Assembly (NCBI GenBank): GCA_028289525.1
Contig: JANQPJ010000178.1
Span: forward strand, 1-46,512
Origin: Pirellulales bacterium
GTDB lineage: Bacteria > Planctomycetota > Planctomycetia > Pirellulales > JAGQOS01
Length of the DNA: 46,512 bases
Reading direction: 5' to 3'
Made by a program: the position numbers and the translations under genes. Shown in pieces: positions 40,032-46,512 of the stretch. Position 1 is the first letter of the stretch; each line of letters opens with the position of its first letter. Below the pieces are notes generated by a model. It did no database searches and had not been told where the DNA came from. It saw only the letters and a program-made list of their open reading frames with translations.

Positions 40032-40724
40032 ATGTCCAGCTCAGCATCTGCACAGGCTCAGTCCAGGTCGCTGCCCAAGAGTCGAGATGGGCTGGCGCTA
40101 CTGCTTCACACCGTTCAGCAGCTCCTTGAAGCGGCAGAAGCGTATCAGCAGCGCCAGCGACTTCGGCTTGCGGAGCTTCAGAAACTCCAGCGTCAGGCCG
40201 ACTCGATCGACCTGGACCAGAGGCTCTTGTCTTACATTGGCGATGCGGGCCGCCGGCAATGGGCGAACGGTCTTCCGCCTAATGACTGTCTTATTCCGCA
40301 CCTCGACGTCGAGCGTCTGGGTGCTCTTGTCGGTGACCGCGACATCGTCATGCAGCGACTGCGCCGTCATCCACCTGGTCACTCTTCAGTTCAACTCGAT
40401 GCTTGGCTCTCGGACCTCACCGACGTAATCCGCATCGACGAAGCTATCCTCGATACCTATCGGGACTTGCGAATCCAACTTCTGGCTGCTCTGGACGACC
40501 GCGCGGACACCAGCGCGGACGCGAGTGCAAATTTCACCAAGGTCATGCCAAAGGACTTTCGCGTCGTGACGCTGTTCCGCGAGATCGAATCGAACGACGA
40601 TCCGACGCGAAGCCAAAACGAGATTGCGAGCGACTTCGCTGCCAAGCACGGTGGGAATCCGGCATCTCTACTGAGGAGCGTTCGCCGCTTTCGCGAGCGG
40701 ATGAGACGTATCCAATCGGACTGA
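40032..40724 (+). CDS. Hypothetical protein with C-terminal HTH-like segment (possible regulator)
   Basis: SQNEIASDFAAKHGGNPASLLRSVRRFR; upstream of xis-int; start uncertain (39981 or 40032). Confidence 0.6.
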   Translation: MSSSASAQAQSRSLPKSRDGLALLLHTVQQLLEAAEAYQQRQRLRLAELQKLQRQADSIDLDQRLLSYIGDAGRRQWANGLPPNDCLIPHLDVERLGALVGDRDIVMQRLRRHPPGHSSVQLDAWLSDLTDVIRIDEAILDTYRDLRIQLLAALDDRADTSADASANFTKVMPKDFRVVTLFREIESNDDPTRSQNEIASDFAAKHGGNPASLLRSVRRFRERMRRIQSD

Positions 40725-40914
40725 ACCGGCACGGACACGCGCGGACACCAGTATGACCTCCGCACCGTTGGTGTGGCATCCTGGCGAGCGCCATGAACGC
40801 GCACGCCGTTGTCACAGCTACTGACCCGGGCGATGCCACGACCTCAAGGTCAAAGCGATCGCCATCTTCTGCTGCACGGAGCAGCCATCGCATCTCCGAC
40901 CGAGGAGGTGCGAG

Positions 40915-41169
40915 GTGAGCGCGAAGCGCATCCAGCTCACGAAAGCCGAAATCGCCAAGGCGTTTCGCGAAGGTAACGGCGCGCAGATCCCCGTCATTCT
41001 CTCGACGGAGCAGCTCGCGGCGCTCGTTAGCAGGAGTCCGAAGACGATCTACGAGTGGGTCGCCCTCGGCTACTTGGATGGCACATTCCGCAAGCGCGGC
41101 AACGGCCATCTCTTCTGGCGCGACCGCGTCATACAGGCTCTTTTTAACGGACCGGAATGGACTAGATGA
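40915..41169 (+). CDS. Excisionase-like HTH protein (AlpA/HTH_17 type)
   Basis: GAGGAGG RBS; ILSTEQLAALVSRSPKTIYEWV-x-x-G; ATGA overlap with the integrase. Confidence 0.85.
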   Translation: MSAKRIQLTKAEIAKAFREGNGAQIPVILSTEQLAALVSRSPKTIYEWVALGYLDGTFRKRGNGHLFWRDRVIQALFNGPEWTR

Positions 41170-42305
41170 ACGAGAAGGACAAACCGATTCGCGTGGGACT
41201 CCACGTCACACTCCGCCGCCGCGGGAAGAAGAAGATTTACCAGGCGGAGTTTCACCACAACGATCGACACCGTCGCAAGACGATGGAGACGCGCAACAAG
41301 AAGGTCGCGATGAAGAAGGCGATCGAAATCGACCATCAGCTTTCCAACGGTACTTACGATTCCAGTCAACGGGAAACCCAAAGGAGCAAGACCACCATGA
41401 AAACCAGAGAGGCGATCAAGAAGTTTCTCAACTTCCTGAGAACGGAAGGTCGACGGCACAAGACCGTCCGACGTTACGATGGCATCCTCGACACCTTTGC
41501 TACTTTCGCCGAGGGCCAAGGGGTCTTCGACCTCGATCGAATCGACATGACGCTGATCGACGAGTACCGGGCGCATCGGGCGAAGTCGCTCAAGCCCAAG
41601 TCGATGCACAATGAGGCGAGCCTGATCAAGAGCTTTCTCGCCTGGTGTAAGGAGCGAGACTACATCGAGAAGAACCCACTGGAGAAACGGAAGTTCACGC
41701 CGCCGAAGCCGGACGAGAAGCATGCCCCGGCGATGCCCCAGGTCAACAAGATCCTGGCGCACGCTTCGGAGTTGCGCTTCGCGCAATACGCCCTACTTGC
41801 TTTTTGTGGCGCCCGATCGGGCGAAGAGCAGCATCTGCGCATCGAGGACGTCGCCCTCGATGGCAACTGGATTCACATCCGGTCGCGCCCGGGATTTGAG
41901 ACAAAGTCCGGCGAGGAACGCAAGGTGCCGATTCACCCGCGTCTGCGGAGAATCCTGGAGGCTCTACCGCGTCGCCGTAGCGGATGGTTCTTCACGGCGC
42001 TGCCCAGCAAGCGATACCCCAAGGGGGATCATCACATCAGCACACGCCGTTTGAACGAGGACTTCAAGAAGCTGCTGAAGAAGCTGGAGATGCCCGTCGG
42101 TCGTGACGGCGGGTTTACAATCCACAGCCTGCGGCGGTTCTTCCGAACGAGAGCTGTGAACAGCGGCGTGCCCGAGCGGGTCGTCGATATTTGGTTGGGG
42201 CATCGCGACCGCAAGTCGATGGGGTCTGTCTACTACGATTTGAGCGACGAGGAATCGCAGAAGTTCATGGAGCAGGTTCAATTCCCAGAGGAGGACGAGG
42301 AATAG
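41166..42305 (+). CDS. Tyrosine recombinase/integrase
   Basis: Catalytic R (CGARSGE), K (TKSG), HSLRR, WLGH, YY; N-terminal arm-binding and SAM-like regions; next to tRNA att. Confidence 0.95.
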   Translation: MNEKDKPIRVGLHVTLRRRGKKKIYQAEFHHNDRHRRKTMETRNKKVAMKKAIEIDHQLSNGTYDSSQRETQRSKTTMKTREAIKKFLNFLRTEGRRHKTVRRYDGILDTFATFAEGQGVFDLDRIDMTLIDEYRAHRAKSLKPKSMHNEASLIKSFLAWCKERDYIEKNPLEKRKFTPPKPDEKHAPAMPQVNKILAHASELRFAQYALLAFCGARSGEEQHLRIEDVALDGNWIHIRSRPGFETKSGEERKVPIHPRLRRILEALPRRRSGWFFTALPSKRYPKGDHHISTRRLNEDFKKLLKKLEMPVGRDGGFTIHSLRRFFRTRAVNSGVPERVVDIWLGHRDRKSMGSVYYDLSDEESQKFMEQVQFPEEDEE

Positions 42306-42337
42306 CTGAGACGCCGTCCGTTATGGGCGGCCAAATC

Positions 42338-42380
42338 GAGCGCCGCCGGGACGGTCCCGGCGGTGCTCCTTTCAATTTTT
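42338..42380 (+). terminator. GC-rich hairpin with T-rich tail after the integrase
   Basis: GAGCGCCGCCGGGAC / GTCCCGGCGGTGCTC followed by CTTTCAATTTTT. Confidence 0.6.
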
Positions 42381-42457
42381 CATGGTTTGGATGGAGATAG
42401 TGCATCATGTCTATGATTCGAGCACTCTTGATTATTTTGACTTCCGCGTGGACGGCG

Positions 42458-42538
42458 ACCGGGACAAAAAGCCCTCCGCCCGAGGTTGCGAGCATGGACC
42501 GCCAAGAAGAAGTCGTCGACCGGGACAATACCGGGACA
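42458..42538 (+). repeat. ACCGGGACA direct repeats (putative integrase arm sites)
   Basis: Copies at 42458, 42519 and 42530, with a fourth at 26385 near the other att. Confidence 0.6.
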
Positions 42539-42611
42539 AATGGGGCGGCAGAAAAAACGGGCGTGTCGCAAACACCTGTCAAACAAGTGGTTGCGAACCG
42601 CCCTTCTTTCA

Positions 42612-42628
42612 AAGCGGAGGGCAGGGGA
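42612..42628. repeat. Proximal att core overlapping the tRNA 3' end
   Basis: Identical to 26226-26242. Confidence 0.9.
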
Positions 42629-42697
42629 CTCGAACCCCCAACCGGTTTCCCGGCACCTGATTTCGAGTCAGGCTGCTAGCCAATTCGCGTACCCTCC
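42615..42697 (-). tRNA. tRNA-Ser(CGA), long variable arm, CCA not encoded
   Basis: Acceptor GGAGGGT/GCCCTCC + G73; anticodon arm CCTGA-CTCGAAA-TCAGG; variable arm GCCGG-GAAA-CCGGT; T-arm GGGGG-TTCGAGT-CCCCT. Confidence 0.93.
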
Positions 42698-42711
42698 GGG
42701 GCAATTCGCTT

Positions 42712-42740
42712 ATCGTAAACTCTATCGGTTTTGCTGGCAA
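42712..42740 (-). promoter_or_regulatory. sigma70 promoter of the tRNA, TTGCCA-N17-TACGAT
   Basis: Consensus-like boxes 14 nt upstream of the tRNA 5' end. Confidence 0.6.
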
Positions 42741-43004
42741 GAATGGTCTCGCCAAATGAGACGAATCACCACGGTCGTCCCGGTTATCGGCCAAAAGCCT
42801 AATGGGGATTTAGGCCGACCAGCCGGTTTTACTCCCCATAACCCGAACTCCCGGGGCGGGTCAGACCCTAATGTGCCGGTTCAAGCGGCTGACCGCCCTG
42901 TGCCGCGTGGCTGAAAATCGTTGCAAGCTAGCAGGTTTGAGGCCGATACAATGTTCCATCCTGAAACTCCCGCCCCTCTATTCTCTCGGAAGGAAACGCC
43001 ACAG

Positions 43005-43286
43005 ATGGCAACCACCTATCGAATCGTTTCCCGTGGTACCGACGGTGAAATTCGTATCCGTGATTTCGATACCCAAGACCACTTGCTCAAACGGCACACC
43101 CAAATCGGAGTCGACGATTGCAGCACCGATCTGAAATTGCGCGGTCTGCCAGTCTTTCGCGGACTGATCGGCCCCATGCCTGACGGCAAAGCAACCGTGC
43201 GATACGAAACGCCTGAGGTGTTCGAATCGCTGACCAAAGAATGGGGAGTGGCAAAGACCACCCGGCGTTCGCGCAGCCGCTCGTAG
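43005..43286 (+). CDS. Small hypothetical protein
   Basis: GGAAGGA RBS; 93 aa; no family recognised. Confidence 0.7.
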   Translation: MATTYRIVSRGTDGEIRIRDFDTQDHLLKRHTQIGVDDCSTDLKLRGLPVFRGLIGPMPDGKATVRYETPEVFESLTKEWGVAKTTRRSRSRS

Positions 43287-43402
43287 ACGATCGGGCAAAA
43301 CTGGCTCGGCCTGGGCAATGCGCCGCTAGAATCGGTCCGCTGACGTCATCCGCGCAGCCGTCAATCAAACAGAGCGTTGGTGCATTACCGAAAGACGATG
43401 CA

Positions 43403-44005
43403 CTACCGCAACACGCTTGGCGTGCTGGGTCGCCAAGTGGTGCTCTGCCGGGGCGGATCGTTGTCCAAACGGGCGACTCCGCCGACCGAACCGGCGATCG
43501 TTGGGCTGCCGTGGACAATCGCCGTACCAGTGGCCGGTGTGCCCGAAACCACAACCCGAGTGATGACCTCTTCCTTGGCCATCCGCTGCGAAGTGACCGG
43601 CACTCGCACGGTTCGTTTCTCCGGCACCAATTGGCGCTGGTGGACCGGAGTGCGGACGACGTGCTGTTGGGCTTGCCAGCACCGATAAGGTTTGAGCACT
43701 TGGGTGAAGTAGGGCTGCACAAACGGATTCCAGCGTCCTCGCATCACCGTAGTCCAGCGATATTCGGTCACCGGGGTGTGGACTGTTCGAGCCGATTCTT
43801 GGACGTGGGTTTGGTACTGCTCGCGATAGACCGTTTGTTCACGATCTTCGTAGCGGGTTTCATACACCGGCCGATCGACCGTGCGTCGAGTTTCCTTGTA
43901 GGTCAGCCCGTCCTTTTCGAAGTAGCGAACGTCGTCGCCAACGGCACTTTGAACAACCGTCATGGGGACTAAGGCAAGTGCCGCTAAAAAGATCTGTTTC
44001 GGCAT
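43403..44005 (-). CDS. Secreted hypothetical protein with V/T/R/Y-rich beta-strand repeats
   Basis: Signal peptide; TVYREQY, TVHTPVTEY, TVRVPVT; GAGGAG RBS. Confidence 0.7.
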   Translation of the reverse strand: MPKQIFLAALALVPMTVVQSAVGDDVRYFEKDGLTYKETRRTVDRPVYETRYEDREQTVYREQYQTHVQESARTVHTPVTEYRWTTVMRGRWNPFVQPYFTQVLKPYRCWQAQQHVVRTPVHQRQLVPEKRTVRVPVTSQRMAKEEVITRVVVSGTPATGTAIVHGSPTIAGSVGGVARLDNDPPRQSTTWRPSTPSVLR

Positions 44006-44339
44006 CTAACACGCTCCTCGCGCCTCTTGCGCGATCGATTCTCTGGTACCAATCCTTGGCAATCTGTGCGGTCAATTGTTGTTGATTATCGACCATCAGG
44101 GCCGATCGTCATTAGCCAAGGCCATCGAACCGACCAGTTTCATCCCAAAAGGAGGGGTTCTGCTCTTGAAATTCAGGCTAGAATCCGCCACCTTAGGCTC
44201 TCTAGAGTTTAATAGACAATTTACCCGGTCGAATATCTCCCAGTCCTGTCACAGGAACTGGTAAATGAGGAGGACTGGAACAAGTTCGTCTTGATCCTGA
44301 CTTCCCGTTTGCACTGCAGTGCTAGCAAGGTAACCATCT

Positions 44340-44597
44340 ATGGTTCACAAGTCGCTCCTCGATATTCTGGTCTGCCCGGAAACCAAGCAGGCACTCGAGT
44401 TGGCTCCGCCAGAGCTACTCGATGCGGTCAACCGGTCGATTCGGGCTGGTGAACTGACCGCCCAATCGGGCCAGGCGGTGACCGAGGAAATCCACGCCGG
44501 TTTGGTACGGGAAGATGGGCAACAGCTCTTTCCGGTACGCGATGAAATCCCGGTCATGCTGGTCGACGAGTCGATTCCGTTGGCCCAGCTGCCTTAA
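44340..44597 (+). CDS. Trm112/YcaR-like protein
   Basis: LLDILVCP...FPVRDEIPVML-x-DE. Confidence 0.88.
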   Translation: MVHKSLLDILVCPETKQALELAPPELLDAVNRSIRAGELTAQSGQAVTEEIHAGLVREDGQQLFPVRDEIPVMLVDESIPLAQLP

Positions 44598-44617
44598 ACC
44601 ACGCGAGGGTCGAACGG

Positions 44618-44959
44618 ATGAGCGAAAAAACGATTTTCCGCAAGATCATCGACCGTGAAATTCCGGCCAACATTGTCTACGAAGACGACCGTTGTTTGGC
44701 GTTTCACGATGTGGCCCCTCAGGCTCCCGTCCATCTGTTGGTGATTCCTAAACGAGAAATCCCTTCAGTGGCCGCCTTGGCCGATGAAGACGCTGCGCTG
44801 ATAGGCCATTTGTGGATGGTGATTCGCAATTTGGCCCAAGAGTTCAACCTGGCAGGGTTTCGGGTAGTGGTCAACAACGGGGCCGACGGCGGTCAAACGG
44901 TCGACCATTTGCACTACCATCTGTTGGGCGGCCGACCATTGACTTGGCCGCCAGGTTAG
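44618..44959 (+). CDS. hinT: Histidine triad nucleotide-binding protein
   Basis: TIF-x-KII-x-x-EIPA, PQAPVH-x-LVIPK, GQTV-x-HLHYHLLGGR. Confidence 0.92.
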   Translation: MSEKTIFRKIIDREIPANIVYEDDRCLAFHDVAPQAPVHLLVIPKREIPSVAALADEDAALIGHLWMVIRNLAQEFNLAGFRVVVNNGADGGQTVDHLHYHLLGGRPLTWPPG

Positions 44960-44961
44960 TA

Positions 44962-45157
44962 CTACAGCGCTAGGTCAAACGGAAGAAATTGAAAATAGCC
45001 ACGGATTTACACGGATGAAACACGGATTACTTTGAGAGCAGCCAAGCTGACAGCCGCTAGCATGTTGCCAACCATCAAGTGAAACACCAAACGTTTGAAA
45101 ATCCGTGTTCAATCCGTGTAAATCCGTGGCTAAAATACTTTCGACTTATCGCTGTAG
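44962..45157. mobile_element. MITE-like nested inverted-repeat element
   Basis: Outer 20-bp IR (44962-44981 / 45138-45157, 16/20); inner 33-bp IR of CACGGAT units (44996-45028 / 45100-45132, 31/33). Confidence 0.6.
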
Positions 45158-45205
45158 CATTAGGCTTTGTCAGAATTGGATGCTGGAAGTGGAAAAGTAT
45201 CACAA

Positions 45206-45233
45206 AAATTCCTTCGCTAGCGCTTCAGGCTTC
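45206..45233. repeat. REP-like family A copy
   Basis: 26/28 identical to 2728-2755. Confidence 0.7.
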
Positions 45234-45379
45234 AGGAAGATTGTCTAAGGCGTTTCCTCGGCATGCGCGCCAACGGTGCTAGCACCGGCTCAAATCTGCC
45301 TAGTCGGGCTGGCCAGGCTTAGCTATAGTCTCTGGCCCCCGAAAACCGACGATTGGGCATCCCTCCAAGCGAGCATCCG

Positions 45380-46255
45380 ATGAGCTATTCCCCATGGTTA
45401 CGCGCCGGCGTGCTGCTCTTGCCACTGCTGGCAGGGTGCGGCACGACGCGCCAAAATGCGGCTACTGAGCAGTTGCTGCTGTCCGACGCAGTCGATCGGG
45501 CAGTGGCCCATGTTGACTTCAGCCCCCTGGCTGGCGAAAAAATCTACCTCGACACTCAGTTCATTCGCCCGGTGAAAGACTCCGGGTTTGCCAACGCCGA
45601 ATACATCATCAGTTCGCTACGGCAACAGATGGTAATGGCCGGCTGTCTGCTCCAAGAACGGGCAAAGCAGGCCGATTACATCGTCGAAGCCAGGGTCGGC
45701 GCAGTGGGTGCCGATGGACACGATGTTAGCTATGGCCTGCCGCCGAGCAATACGCTGAATTCGGCCGCGTCACTCGTACCCAACGCACCCACGTTACCGG
45801 CACTGCCAGAACTTTCGGTCGCCAAGCGAACCGAAGATCTGGGGGCCGCAAAGATCGGGGTGTTTGCCTACGACCGGTTAACCCGAGAACCGGTTTGGCA
45901 AGCTGGTATCTCGCAAGCCCAGAGCACGGCCAAGAACCGTTGGTTCCTAGGCATCGGTCCGTTCCAAAGCGGTTCGATTCGTGAACGGCAGCTGTTTGCC
46001 GGAGAAGAGATCGGCGGCGGTAAGGATCCGGCTTCCGAACAGGAAAAGAAGCTTGAAGAAAAATACCGTTCGGCGGCAGTGATCCAATCCAAGGGCGAGC
46101 GACAACGGATGCGAGCGCTAGCCAAGCGTCAGGCGAGCGAAGCTCAAAGCGAAATCGAACTGGCTGGCTATGAAGAACCGGTCGAAAGCCAGCCAAACGC
46201 TCAACATGGCCGAAGCGATTCAACTACGACCAGCCGAATGCCGGATGAACGTTGA
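45380..46255 (+). CDS. Lipoprotein of unknown function (DUF6655-like)
   Basis: Lipobox LLAGC; ATEQLLLSDAVDRAV; GAAKIGVFAY; family name recalled, not searched. Confidence 0.7.
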   Translation: MSYSPWLRAGVLLLPLLAGCGTTRQNAATEQLLLSDAVDRAVAHVDFSPLAGEKIYLDTQFIRPVKDSGFANAEYIISSLRQQMVMAGCLLQERAKQADYIVEARVGAVGADGHDVSYGLPPSNTLNSAASLVPNAPTLPALPELSVAKRTEDLGAAKIGVFAYDRLTREPVWQAGISQAQSTAKNRWFLGIGPFQSGSIRERQLFAGEEIGGGKDPASEQEKKLEEKYRSAAVIQSKGERQRMRALAKRQASEAQSEIELAGYEEPVESQPNAQHGRSDSTTTSRMPDER

Positions 46256-46512
46256 AGCGGCCGTATAAATCAGCTCTGCTAGACGATGCCATTTGTTTTT
46301 GTGGGGCCCCGGCGACGCGTCGCGGCTAGGGGGGCAAACAGAAGCTTGCAACCCTCAAATTCGAATGTCATTGTCTACTACTGATAAAATCAAAAGTCAT
46401 CGTTCACTAGAGCAATTTCGGATAATTCGTAGTCGTATTTCGTCCGAAAACCTCGGCGAAAACTAGGTGTCGTCCGCTACGGTAAAGAGCGACTCACTCT
46501 AGTGAAAGCTTA

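Larger units (their letters stand above)
26226..42628. mobile_element. ~16.4 kb integrative genomic island at tRNA-Ser(CGA)
   Basis: 17-bp direct repeat of the tRNA 3' end at both boundaries; xis-int next to the tRNA; defence-type cargo; no host REP copies noticed inside. Confidence 0.9.

Noticed and set aside
26226-42628. Prophage, PICI or ICE
   Set aside because: No structural, terminase, primase, relaxase or T4SS genes recognisable
42615-42697. tRNA-Sec or suppressor tRNA
   Set aside because: Anticodon is CGA, not TCA; 12-bp acceptor plus T branch
42382-42914. ORFs spanning the att/tRNA region
   Set aside because: Overlap the tRNA, its promoter and the arm repeats
44996-45132. CRISPR array
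   Set aside because: Short units arranged as inverted repeats, no unique regular spacers, no cas genes; no array seen elsewhere in the window
45079-45282. 67-aa ORF (NPCSIRVNPWL)
   Set aside because: Translation of the inverted-repeat element and a REP copy

Overview
Planctomycete-like (Pirellulaceae-type) chromosomal window, inferred from Tat-exported Gfo/Idh/MocA enzymes, a PSCyt/DUF1549/DUF1553 + DUF1501 pair, a PEP-CTERM protein and intergenic REP-like palindromes. Left part (1-26 kb): host genes plus a signal-peptide/PASTA-bearing Rhs polymorphic toxin with an R-S-ExE ADP-ribosyltransferase-like tip, followed by a PDZ/Sel1 partner. Centre (26226-42628): a ~16.4 kb island integrated at the 3' end of tRNA-Ser(CGA), bounded by a 17-bp direct repeat. 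It has xis + tyrosine integrase at one end and a large serine recombinase with extra C-terminal HTHs at the other. Its cargo is a five-gene cluster: C5 DNA methyltransferase, MORC/GHKL ATPase-histidine kinase fusion, receiver protein with an unassigned 'TPSCD' domain, Vsr, and a PD-(D/E)xK-like protein. This is the best candidate for a little-characterised, phosphorelay-controlled restriction-modification-like defence system. Right part: small host genes (Trm112-like, HIT, lipoprotein) and a MITE-like nested inverted repeat. All domain calls come from motif recognition by eye; no searches were run.
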